A stretch of 64,000 nucleotides of DNA from an uncultured Nitrososphaerales archaeon (GTDB taxonomy: Archaea; Thermoproteota; Nitrososphaeria; Nitrososphaerales; Nitrososphaeraceae). Of this stretch, positions 37,588 to 48,887 are shown in pieces; position 1 is the first letter of the stretch, and every line of letters begins with the position of its first letter. The stretch covers positions 192,001 to 256,000 of the forward strand of contig CAVQMO010000005.1 of the NCBI GenBank assembly GCA_963713605.1, read 5' to 3'. Both the position numbers and the translations under genes were made by a program. The notes below the pieces were generated by a model that was not told the origin of the DNA, searched no databases, and worked only from the letters and a program-made list of their open reading frames with translations.

Positions 37588-38334
37588 ATGAAGAGATCTT
37601 TCCTCGTCGTCCTCTCAGTTCTTGGGGTAATAACCTCATTGTTTACGTATTCCTTCACTTTCGCGCTATCAGGTAGTCCTTTATTTCTAAATGATGCCCT
37701 AGCACAGCAAGGTGTTGGATTACCAAATTCTGAAAGTCAAGAAGGGGGGCCAGAAGGTCGACAAGGACCTGACGTAGGCGTCTCTTCTGGGCAATGTCCT
37801 CCAAATCAACATCACGTAGGATCCGCTAACGAATGTGAATGGGACAACTGTGGAGCGGCAACACCCCCCATGTATAGGAATACTCAGACCGGAAGATGTG
37901 TCTCTGATTGCAGTGAAGTCGGTCAGTTCTGGGTGAGGCAGGGCAATATTTGCGTTCTTGGCGAGGTCACTAACGCAACTTCAACCCCAATTCCACCACC
38001 ACCCAGTAACTCAGTACCAAACCGGGGAGAGGGTAATGGAAATGGTACAATTCAAACAGAAGATAATAGTGATCTTACTTCGGACAACGCTACTACGAGC
38101 ACCCTAACGTCCAACGTAACTTCCACACCACCTTCAACCATTACCCAAACAATCACTAGCCTCGCCGGAGAACCTGCGTTACCATATGCTTGTCTCTCAA
38201 ACACATTCACGTGTTATTGCGATGGTACTGAGGATTGTATACAGCTGACTTCCTCAGGTGAATGTAAGGCAGAAGTGAGAACGGTCGAGGGGAAGCCAGG
38301 ATTAGGTGAATGCGATTGGAATACGAAGTCTTGA
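37588..38334 (+). CDS. secreted Cys-rich protein with Thr/Ser/Pro linker
   Basis: ATG at 37588, MKRSFLVVL...ALAQQ signal; two six-Cys clusters separated by a T/S-rich linker. Confidence 0.75.
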   Translation: MKRSFLVVLSVLGVITSLFTYSFTFALSGSPLFLNDALAQQGVGLPNSESQEGGPEGRQGPDVGVSSGQCPPNQHHVGSANECEWDNCGAATPPMYRNTQTGRCVSDCSEVGQFWVRQGNICVLGEVTNATSTPIPPPPSNSVPNRGEGNGNGTIQTEDNSDLTSDNATTSTLTSNVTSTPPSTITQTITSLAGEPALPYACLSNTFTCYCDGTEDCIQLTSSGECKAEVRTVEGKPGLGECDWNTKS

Positions 38335-38732
38335 CTCATAATTTAATGCCGTACAGCTTGTGATAGTTTGTTTACTTTAGTCGAGGCATTATTGGTGGTT
38401 GACGTAGTTACAACTGCCCAATTTTAGTTAAATCGCGATGCCCAAATCAGAAACACAGCGATCACATGAAATGATATTCAAAACATTTTTTCTCTGCTTT
38501 AGGGATTGATGTTTCTCCAATGAGGAACAAAACAGCTTATGTAAGCGATAGTTCTACTTAATCTTCTATTGGTTAATCTAGGATTTCGAGAGTTGTTAAT
38601 TTCAATAAAACATCCCATAAACCAAGTCCACAATCTTAACGCATGTTTGTAGATTGTATATGTCATTTATGTGAGCGAATTAGGGGGCGAGTCACGTGAT
38701 GGCTTCTTAAAATAAAAGATAAAGATAAAGAT

Positions 38733-39005
38733 ATGTTAGGTAAGGTGAGAAAAAGGATCTATAGTGTTGATGTCTTCGGTAACGATAAGGAAAATAAAAA
38801 TGGTACCTTTACAGATTTTAGGGGAATTGGGTTGATGATTGGAATAGAATTTAGTGAAATTAGGAATAAGAAGACTTTTCAGTTATTCAAGATTCTTCCT
38901 GCGGGACAAAAATTAATGAAAATCATGCCTCCGCTCATACTAACGGAGGGAGAGGCTCTTGAAGGCCGCGAGATAATGGACGACGTTCTATTAGTTTATT
39001 TTTGA
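38733..39005 (+). pseudogene. C-terminal fragment of a class III aminotransferase
   Basis: RG.GLMIGIEF and LPAG....I.PPLILT....EG..I match the ArgD/GabT C-terminus; no PLP-binding domain upstream. Confidence 0.6.
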
Positions 39006-39392
39006 CCAATGAATAGATTCACGTTGTGATAAACGATCGAATAGGGTAGTGAATTAGTAGATCGCAAATTCGACTCGTAAAGTCTAGAAACCAATCTCGG
39101 ATTGTACCTTTAATGTCTTTAGGTATTTTACTCCTAATATCGCTTACAGCATCGGAGGTTTGAGCACAAATAATAACACCGAGGCATGATCAACTATGAC
39201 ATGGAACTGGTAGCAGTAGATACTCAATTAATATTTCAATACACTCTCAAAAAAAATAATGATTGAATTTGATTCGATCTTAAGCTGAATGGCTTCTAGT
39301 TACTTCGATGCTCATTTCATTTTGCATCCTAACTTCTAATTGCTCTATTTACCATTTTTCGATAGTGGAATATTGCCTGCCATTCATGACAC

Positions 39393-41114
39393 TTACCTAC
39401 CAAATAACTGATCACACACTTCCTTACCAGCACCTTCGACACATTGATTGTACATGTCACCAAAAAGATCACCACCGAAGGGCTGTTCTTGTGAAAATGG
39501 TAATTGTGGCGAGCTGTGGCTGTTCGGAGAGTGTCTGATTACTTTGGAGCATTCCCAATTTCAACGGAACAATAATTTCTTGGCCGTCTCTGATTATTTG
39601 AATTTGTACGTTGTCCCCAACTTTTTTTGTGTCCAAGTAAGATTGGATATCCTGGATTGTGTTAATATCCATTTCATCTATCCCAGTAACAACATCTCCC
39701 CCAAGCTTAATATCACTACCGTTGATGTTGGCAACTTTGTACCCCCCTCTAATCCCAGCCAAATCAGCTGGTCCACCTGAGATTATATCTTCTATGAGGA
39801 AGCCCATCTGTGATTGTGTTAAATTCATTCTTTCTGCCAATTCCGGTGACATATTAATGCCGTTTATTCCCAAAGCAGGTTTCTGTTGTTGCTGTTCCGG
39901 CCCTTGGTTTGGCTGGTCTTCAACTCCCTGACTAGGTCTAGTAGCAAGTATCAAATCAATATTTTTGGTCTTTCCATCTCTAATAACTGATAGTTCAATA
40001 TTATCACCAACTGCCTTTTGTTCTTCTAAATAAGAAAGGAGGTCTTCCATGGCTCTAACACTTTGGTTGTCGACTGCCACAATTACATCTCCTCCTAATC
40101 TAATGTCCTGTCCATCAACTGATGTAAGTACGTCTCCTCCCCGTATTCCTGCATTATCAGCAGGACTATCTGCTGTGATGTCTACAACGAGAATCCCTTT
40201 TGTATCATTCAATTGCGATGCATTTGAGATTTCAGGAGATAGAGTGACTCCAGTAATGCCCATATAGGGATGCTCGTAAGAACCATTTTTTAATAACGAT
40301 GATACTACTTTTTGAACCATATTTGACGGGATTGCAAATCCCACTCCTGAGTAAACTCCCGTATTTGAGAAAATCGCCGTGTTCATACCCACCATTTCTC
40401 CCTTAGAATTGAGCAATGGTCCACCTGAATTACCTGGATTTATTGCTGCATCAGTCTGAATTACGTTCGATATTGAATATCCAGTGATGTCATTTGGTAA
40501 GACTCGTCCCATCTGGCTTATGACCCCGGAAGTCAAAGTTCCACTAAGACCGAATGGATTACCAATTGCTATAACTTGTTCTCCCACCTGTAAGGCTGAT
40601 GAATTTGCTGCCTTTTAGAGGCGGAATTTGCTTATGAAAGCCATCATCAGTTATTTGTAACACGACAATATCCGAATAAGGATCACTTCCAATTACTTTC
40701 ACCTGAGTAGGAGTCTCCATCTACAAATGTAACTTCAACACTGTTCGGGTCGGAAATCACGTGATAGTTGGTGATGATGTGTCCGTCCTGATCATATACA
40801 AAACCTGAACCTAAAGCAACATCATCCTGAGGGATCTGTTCCCCATTCCTTATTACAAGGCTATTGCTAACGGGACTCGTACTAGTTATTTGTACAACAG
40901 AATTTTCGGTCTTGTTAAAGATTTCTGGCAATGTCGATGCTACTGAATTTGATAGTGATGACGATGACGAATTAGCGCTGCCAGAGTTGCTCGAGTTCTC
41001 ATCTTGCTGTTGGGCTATTGCTTGTGGTGAGGCTATCCCAAAAAACAGAGAGGTAGCCAAAATGGCTATGAGGGAAATCCAAAGGTGATTGTGCATGTGA
41101 AGGTTGTAGCGCAT
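39393..41114 (-). CDS. secreted HtrA/DegP-like serine protease with two PDZ domains, three indels
   Basis: GSGFVY...[38 protein letters not shown], two SPA/GPA..AGIRGG PDZ repeats; reconstructed tail ends ...[16 protein letters not shown] at 39393. Confidence 0.9.
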
Positions 41115-41561
41115 TCTGCTATTTATATGTTGACAATTATGTCATAAAATACGTGTCTGAATGTCAATTTAATTCGTACAATCTTGAACAAAAAAAGGCT
41201 ATTGGTTTCCAAATCTCTCGAAGGTGAATTGAGGGCGTATCTTGATTTGAAGTCGGCACTCCTTTGGTTTAGTCCTAATATTATCCAGGTCATTAACCAT
41301 ATGGTTATAGTACCTGGTTGTTTTTGGGCTTAATTAATATTGAGCTAACCTATTGAATTTGAATTCTAGAATGGAATTATGGTCCATTTTGGGTCTGGCT
41401 CTATAGTTCTGGAGCCATCGAATATTTCCACAGTGGAGAGTATGATCTGATTGAAGTCCGATTGACCTAATCGTTCTTCTATAAGAAAAGTAACAAGATC
41501 TTGAACATGAACATGATCAAAAACCATTGTAATTCTTGATCAAAGTCAATTGAACTTGACT

Positions 41562-41828
41562 CTAATCAGACTTCTTACTGGTGATAAGGACTTCTTGTTC
41601 CTCATCTAATTCATTAAGTTCTTTTGCGCGTTTTCGCCGCCTCTTTCTTACTTCACTGAGGATCTCGCGAATAGTTTCTTCTGAGACCTTAGCAATTTTT
41701 GCGTCACATTCAATTCCTTGTGCATCCAATACCTCTTCGGTGGCAGAAATCATTTCAGCCTTATTGTCTTTTTCCTCTTGTGTTAGCAGATTGAGACTCA
41801 TAAACCGGAAGAAGGCAAATTCACTCAT
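41562..41828 (-). CDS. hypothetical protein
   Basis: 88 aa charged ATG ORF. Confidence 0.6.
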   Translation of the reverse strand: MSEFAFFRFMSLNLLTQEEKDNKAEMISATEEVLDAQGIECDAKIAKVSEETIREILSEVRKRRRKRAKELNELDEEQEVLITSKKSD

Positions 41829-44261
41829 CTTTTTTGACCAATATGACTATAGTGGGCTTCGAACTTTTATGGTTTTCCCGAAGAGATTTATTCAATTAAT
41901 CCACCTTGTTATTTGGTTTCATATTTAATAGTTTAGATTCAATAGCATATTTACAATTTACAAAAATTGCTATCCTTTAGTTCAACATGCAGACAGCACA
42001 TTACAGGTCGAAGTTTTGGTAACTAGTCAGATTAGTCCAAATCCATGAGGGTGAACTTCTATAGAAGAAAAAAGTAATAAAGGTTTAGAAAAATGGAATG
42101 GACTGTCCGGCCTCTCGCTAGATATGCATAATACAACCTCCAGTCTTGAAAAAGGAAAGTTAGTATTTCACGGGTAGTCTGATGCTTATGATCATAACGA
42201 CTTGCAGTAAGTCTCAAGTCAACTAACAAGACGACAACAATAGCAAAGAGAATTGTAACAGAGATCAGGTACACCTCTCATTACGAAAAAGTTTGACGAT
42301 TAGTTTATTGTTTTGTTCTACTAAAACAATCAGACTTGAGTAATATGATCATTATTGTGAAACCATAAGATAATAGTATGTAGGTAGTGTAGCCGATGAG
42401 AGGATACAACACTTACAGCGGCTTAATACCACTACCTACCCGTTTTATAAGAGTAATTCCTGCTTAAAATATTTTTTATAAGATAGGCAAGCAGGCGTAG
42501 ACAACCTGCCTGCCGAATTGTTCTACTTGTATGAGAAGTAGTCCAGTTACGGACATTTCATATTAAGTTAAAAACTTCTTTATAATTTTTTAGGATAGGT
42601 ATGGGTTAGTAAGGGTAAATGGATGCGGACGACATCCATACCTCCATCCCTGTGCAGGTATCCATTGAATTTGGTGTCTTAATATTAGCAAAACCCGTAT
42701 AAAATTTTAGAAGTAAAATTTTGAAAATAAGAAAGTGAAGGGTCGTTGATTTTGTAAGTTATGAGACCTGCTTCAGTTGGTTGCTGGGGAATACGTTCAG
42801 ATTCAATAATAGTAAGAAGATAAACAATTGGGTCAGGGGGAATCTCTACAAACCCCCTAACTTAACACTCAAATGAATACGTCACACTGGTGTACAGATA
42901 GTTAGATAAACACGCTTAAGGTCTTTTGTTGTAAAACAATGAAAAAATGGGATTATTTGGATTTATGATTAGTTATTCTCTTGATCATGACACTGCACTA
43001 GTATCTATCTCGCGTTCGACTGTAACTCCGCCGACCCTTAACTCAATGAATAATCCGTCGTTATTTGCGTCCTTTTTTCTAGTGTACAACCACTTACCTG
43101 TTAGGTAATTTCTGAATTCACTTGACATTTCTAATTAGGACCTCCTGCATCGAATTCCAAAAGATATTGAAGTATCCTATCTTCGTCTAAGACATACTGC
43201 GTCGTTTGTTCCCCACCTTAACCTCTTTTAACAAATGTCGAGGGAACCTTTTTCCATTGATTTCTACGTACTTGCTTTCGTTTTCATTATATGATATTAT
43301 ACTAGTGTTTTTAGTGTGTGTCCCGAAGTATCTTAGGAACTATTAGATTAGTTAAGGTGGGTGCGGTATGACCAAACTAGTATATTTCCCATGAACCGCA
43401 TGCACGCATCCACTTAGTTAATGCAGAAGTCTAAGCAAATATTGGACAACATACTTTATAAAATATATCTTCTATAGCCGAACACAGAATCTAGAGTTCA
43501 ATATATTTTCTATAGTTGGATGTGATTTCTATGGTCAAATATAGGTTATAGAATCTAGTGTTAATAAGGTTCTAATACGATAGTAACAGTTTCCACGAAT
43601 GAGAATGAAAGAATATCACTGGTGATTAATAGTGTTTTTGAATGACTAAATGCCGGTTCTATGGAGGCATAAGGGTAACCAAGTTCCGGAAAACTTTTTA
43701 ATCTTCATACCTCAATCGAACGCGCTATCATACGGTGGATCGGGCAGACCTGGTCACCATATTGCAATATCGGCCTTGGCCTGGCTAACCCCTATCCCGT
43801 GAATATAATTCAATGACGATAGGAAGACAAAAATGGATGAAAACGGTCAAGGAGGGCAGTTTTTGCAAAGAAAAAGTGCAACGTGTACATTTTGTAGAAA
43901 TAGTGAAGGGTATAATCAGGTTCGACTGGCAGGTGGTTGGGTATACCTATGTGCATGTTGTAAGAATGAATTGGAAACAACGAATCAAGTTATTTCTGAT
44001 TAGACTTCTTCTTTCGAGGACAGTTGAAAATACTAAAGATATTCTACTGCTAGTACCTGTATTTTAGGTACGCCTATTTTAGTTAGTAATGGTAATGATG
44101 CGACCGTCGCGGCTGCTATCATTGGCTTGCCTTTCAGATAGACATGAATTTTGCACTCTTAACTTCGCTGCTGCAGGTTGTCAGTGTAATTGTCACCCTG
44201 AAAATCGATGACAGATGAAAAACATAAGATAGAAACTCATACTAACCTTCATGTATCCCGA

Positions 44262-44510
44262 TTAGTTACGTTCTAAATGGGGAAAGATCTTTAGTATGGT
44301 TTTCTTAGCATCTTTGGGCATGTTTTGGTCTTTTAATATCATATGCAAGTCCTTTCTATTGATGCAAAGACCTGATTCATTTATTTTGTAGAACCATTGT
44401 ATGTCTATGGGACTTATAATTACGGTTGGTCTTCCGCAATCCCTCATCGCACACGATGAAAGGTCTCCTTTACCAAAACATATGTGATCACTACTGCATT
44501 CGGATATCAT
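44262..44510 (-). CDS. small Cys-containing hypothetical protein
   Basis: 82 aa, EC...HIC.......C....C; co-oriented directly downstream of the PNPOx gene. Confidence 0.65.
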   Translation of the reverse strand: MISECSSDHICFGKGDLSSCAMRDCGRPTVIISPIDIQWFYKINESGLCINRKDLHMILKDQNMPKDAKKTILKIFPHLERN

Positions 44511-44549
44511 ATGTTAATCGTAACTAATCATCTCTATGCGAGAATCTGT

Positions 44550-45023
44550 TTACTGTTTACCGTAATCCCAAGTTGAGTAATACTTAGGACTAATCTCCAA
44601 TACTATTGAATCACCCTTCTTCAGTTCTTCTTTAAGGGCAATCGCCATCGGATCTTCTAAATTTCCCAAATATCTGGCCATGATCTTTTCCCAAATACCA
44701 AGGTTAAAATTCACCTCTTTCAGTATTCTTGCAGTTCCCTTTCCGCGTACTCCTTTGTAGGGAGGATTTGGATCGTCGACACAGAAATAAACCATCTGAT
44801 TCTTTTTGAGATTACTCGTTTTCTTCGACTCTTTTCCTGTTAGGATATAGAACTTGTAATCCGACTGATCGTAATAGTACCCTACGGGATGGATATTTGG
44901 ATGACCTTCTTCGTCTACAGTCCCCAGGTGTAAATTTAGAACCTTGGTCGTTAAGAAATCCTTTACGTCTTGTTCACTAAGAGATTTACCAGATTCTCCA
45001 CTACCATCTAGAATCTTTAACAT
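44550..45023 (-). CDS. pyridoxamine 5'-phosphate oxidase-like FMN/F420-binding protein
   Basis: LGTVD..G.P.I.PV.Y, S.K..NL..N..V.FCVD...PPYKGVRG.G.A, TWDY. Confidence 0.88.
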   Translation of the reverse strand: MLKILDGSGESGKSLSEQDVKDFLTTKVLNLHLGTVDEEGHPNIHPVGYYYDQSDYKFYILTGKESKKTSNLKKNQMVYFCVDDPNPPYKGVRGKGTARILKEVNFNLGIWEKIMARYLGNLEDPMAIALKEELKKGDSIVLEISPKYYSTWDYGKQ

Positions 45024-45097
45024 ACGGAAGAAGACTTTTTCATGTATTTAAGTTGTTTTATAACTTACATACGAATTCTGCGCGCATCACTTGAGAT

Positions 45098-45369
45098 TCA
45101 AACAATGGGTAGTAATTCTTCAGAAACATCAGAGAATTCATGTAACATTTGTGCGCGCACCAAATCACGGTACAGGTGTATATTCTCTCTTATCTTCAAT
45201 CTCATGCATGTAGTCATTTCTTCAGGATTTATGGCATGACATTCGTACATGTGTATGATCATTGTATCCATAACCTTTTCCTCACCGGTTCCGAAGATAA
45301 TATAGTCACAGTTTAATCCTACATCTGAACAAAGAGGGATCGAAACAATTCTTCCGGTGTCTGGGACAT
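45098..45369 (-). CDS. DUF1059 family protein (second copy), one indel; absent from ORF track
   Basis: ...SL(F)CSDVGLNCDYIIFGTGEEKVMDTMIIHMYECHAINPEEMT...KIRENI; shift near 45333. Confidence 0.7.
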
Positions 45370-45957
45370 CAATATTAATCAGTAAATTTAGTTATAAATA
45401 CACTGTGGGTAATTCTACAAACAAATGAACTGTAGATAGTACCTATTTCACAATGTCGATGATGAAACGATGTTTCGCGCGCAAATTTTGTCCTTGTCCA
45501 CTAATTACAGATTCACAAGTACTATAATTTTTGCGCGTATGTAGGAAGACGATGGTACAATCACTAGAAAGTCTGCATTGAAAAAAATGGGATCCTAGGA
45601 AATTATGAGATTGAATGAATTCCGAATAAAAATTAATTTCTGCGTGCACAATCTACAAAAATAGATACAAACACCATCTTCAGTTTGCCTAACTCGATAT
45701 TTGGATGATATTAATCACAGTCAAAATGATAAATTGACATCTAATTACCAAAATCCCATCAATATTTTGTTCAAGAAATTAATGCAGTTAAGTTACGACA
45801 TTCAATTAGTCTGATTTTATGTGCGCGCAAGAATTGTTCCTATTTGGTGATTATAGATTTACTCCGTGTGTACATTCTTCTTCCTCAGACGTATCGATAA
45901 GACGTCACTTTCACCTTCTTTTCACTAGATAAATTTATCATTATGTAAAGACCGCCT

Positions 45958-46266
45958 ATGTTCGGAATTAAAATGAGAGTATTAGTTAGAGCGATGGTTT
46001 CGGCAACGGCAGGCAATAAGATGGTGAAAGACCCTAATTTCATGAAGAATCTAGAGGACTACATTCACAAATTCAATTGTGAAGCCGCATACTTTTTTCC
46101 ATTGAATGGCGAGAGAACCATGGTCTTTGTCTTGGATCTACCAAGTCAAGACATGATACCGGCAGTTGCAGAACCGTTATTCCAGAACTACGAGGCCAAA
46201 GTAGAAGTACATCCTGCAATGAATTTAGATGATTTGAAAAAGGGAATTTCAAATATGCAAGGATAA
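45958..46266 (+). CDS. hypothetical protein (DUF3303/GYD-like ferredoxin fold)
   Basis: EAAYF....GERT...V.D......IP..AEPLF....A.VE.HPAMN.DDL. Confidence 0.75.
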   Translation: MFGIKMRVLVRAMVSATAGNKMVKDPNFMKNLEDYIHKFNCEAAYFFPLNGERTMVFVLDLPSQDMIPAVAEPLFQNYEAKVEVHPAMNLDDLKKGISNMQG

Positions 46267-46844
46267 GGATAATACAAAAAATCTTTACTTTTTTTTAACT
46301 CGTCATGAGTGACGTTGTTTATTTCACACGCGTGAAAGTAATTTCAATTGATGGATAATATGGTTTCCTTAGTGCCACCGCATATTCTTCACTATGCAGC
46401 ATGCCTCTGTTCAGTGCCGGTCGACCTTTGTGATATGCCATTATTTAGTTACCACTCCTTAGGCACAACATAATCCTTCTTAGGGTGTCAAAGATCAAAA
46501 TAGTCTTGAATCTCCCTCGTGAAAGTGGAGTAAAAGTCCATTTTGTATGATTGTCCAAGAAATCAACTATATCGATGTTGTTCCTGTAAGAAAAATGTCC
46601 TTATAAGTAAATGTCTACTAACCAACATTCGATGATTTAACTAAGTCGGTCGTTACGAGAAAGTCACTTTGCAACATTCACAGATATGATAAGGAAGTAT
46701 TTCGAAGAGGAATCATTTTGAAAAATAAGTGTTCAAACTGTGGACATTGACACGAATGGCAACGGCAATTGTAGCCGTGATAATTGAAAATGCATAAGAT
46801 TCTCAGATAAAAATTGGGACTATCATTTAGATTAACTAGTGACT

Positions 46845-47798
46845 TTAACCTTTTATGGTGTTCGTATGATTGTCCTTCTTTCTTTTATGAGGTGTGGTGA
46901 CCATTAATGCTACACCTATAAGGATTACAATCATTGCGATTACAGTAGTGCTTGTAATTGATTCGTGAAGAAATAACCAACCTAGGATAACGGCGATGAC
47001 AGGGCTAACATAAGCAAATGTGTTGGCTAGCGAAGGAGTGGTTACCCTTAATAGCCAATAAAAATCGGTGAAGCCAATCACTGTAACTATAAGAATTAGA
47101 TAAACCAATGCAATTGAAGATTGCCATGATATATCAGTTACCTCAAGGCCTCGATATTCGCCCATAGAAAGGCTTATCGCAGTGAGCATTAACCCACCTG
47201 TAATCATTATCATTCCGGATGAAGCAAGAATACTTACAGGCAATCTTGATTTCGTTGAGTAAAGAGAACCAAGAGCCCATAATACTGAACTTAGTATTAG
47301 AGCCGTAGTCCCCACGGGACTCAACTCTCCAGTACTAAGCGAAGGTGCAACTAGGAGCATCAGACCTCCAAATCCGGCACAAAGCCCTAATATCGTTAGT
47401 TTTGATAAATGCCTCTTAAAAATTACAAGCGCAAGAATAGCAACCCAAAGCGGAACAGTCGAATTCAAAAGTCCGGTGATTCCTGATGGAAGATATTGAG
47501 CTCCCCATGTCAGAATGCCCTGTCCACCCACCATCAACAACGCACCTAATATTATGGCATCTCTCCACTGTGTTTTACCTATGTGTTCTTGCACACTTTG
47601 ATTCGGTGTCTTGTGTCTGGTCAAAAATGGTTTAACTAGATAGATTGAATAAAGAGCAGAGCCGGCAATCATAAATCTAATCCCTGCACTAAGCAGTGGT
47701 GGGATTGTATCAATCGATATCTTGATGGCAAGAAAACTTGAACCATTGATTAACCAAAGTGCTAAGAGGACTATCCATATTTTTAATTGACCCTGCAA
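46845..47798 (-). CDS. EamA/DMT family transporter
   Basis: About 10 TM helices; IPPLL.AG.RF, PSG...L....PLW, FAYVSPVIAV.LG.L...E. Confidence 0.92.
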   Translation of the reverse strand: MQGQLKIWIVLLALWLINGSSFLAIKISIDTIPPLLSAGIRFMIAGSALYSIYLVKPFLTRHKTPNQSVQEHIGKTQWRDAIILGALLMVGGQGILTWGAQYLPSGITGLLNSTVPLWVAILALVIFKRHLSKLTILGLCAGFGGLMLLVAPSLSTGELSPVGTTALILSSVLWALGSLYSTKSRLPVSILASSGMIMITGGLMLTAISLSMGEYRGLEVTDISWQSSIALVYLILIVTVIGFTDFYWLLRVTTPSLANTFAYVSPVIAVILGWLFLHESITSTTVIAMIVILIGVALMVTTPHKRKKDNHTNTIKG

Positions 47799-47993
47799 TT
47801 TAACTGTCTGTTGAAAATATACCTAGGGGATTAAAATTGTTTGTAGGCTGAGATGAGGGTAGAATCTCTTGCTAACGATTTCGTTCTTACGATTGGCAGA
47901 GGCCGAAGTCTTACTTTTTCTTGTCAACGGAATGGATATATCTCAGGTTCTGATCAATAACAATAAAAGTATTGAAGTATTTTTATAACTAGT

Positions 47994-48356
47994 TTGGTAG
48001 TAAAATTGGATCTTTCTAAAGTCCCTAGCACCTTGAAATCTATTATTATGCATCAATCAAAATTTGCAGAACAAATACAACCAGAACCAAATGAACCAGA
48101 CATAGTAATTATACAAGGTGAAGATGAAAGGGAAAATGGCATCAATGATGTAAAAAGTAAGATAAAGGATACTTTGATTCAATTTAAGATTCGCGACTTT
48201 GTAGCAATCACGGATCCTGTAGACCAGCAGAAGATCTTAGTAGTTGGAAGGAAAGATGCAGAAAAGCTAGATTCATTTCATTGCCTTCATTGTGGGATGG
48301 AATTCATTGACGAAATTCAGCTAGGAATTCATCAGAGGCTCCATTTACCCTTCTAA
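47994..48356 (+). CDS. hypothetical protein with C-terminal C2H2 zinc finger
   Basis: FHCLHCGMEF..E.QL..HQRLH. Confidence 0.75.
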   Translation: MVVKLDLSKVPSTLKSIIMHQSKFAEQIQPEPNEPDIVIIQGEDERENGINDVKSKIKDTLIQFKIRDFVAITDPVDQQKILVVGRKDAEKLDSFHCLHCGMEFIDEIQLGIHQRLHLPF

Positions 48357-48887
48357 ATTTCCTTCATGGAGTTTCTCATAAGGAGTATCGTTATCTGATT
48401 TTATTTGTGAAATCGTATTGAAAAACTTCCTCTTTTCTCGATTCCTATCCCCAGTATGATTTGAGTCTGTGTGAACACACTGGATATTATCTCCCTGGCT
48501 TGCAATTACTCCAGAAACATTTAGTCTAATATCTGCTGGAAATGGGGGGTTAAATTTCTATACTTCTTTATATCTTGTCGTAGTAACTTGGAGATAACCA
48601 GATGAGTGATTTGGCCACATGAGTTTAGGCATGTGCTTGAATCTCCTGTTAACTAATGTTTACTCAATGTTATATACTCTACAGCCAGCTGACGGGCAGC
48701 AATAGGAGCAAAGGCAGCAGTAAGTAAGGAGTAGTTCCTGGTTCGAGTAACAAAGTCCTGAGCGTCGAAGTGTCAAAATATCACTAGTGGGCATGCAACT
48801 AGTCTGTGCCTTTTACCATTAGCCTCGTTGTATGAGTAGCTTAACTATTATTAGTCTAACTTCATCCTGAAAGGATATAGTAAACAT

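Noticed and set aside
43732..43800. tRNA gene
   Set aside because: No cloverleaf, anticodon arm or GTTCRA T-loop; kept only as a hairpin finding.
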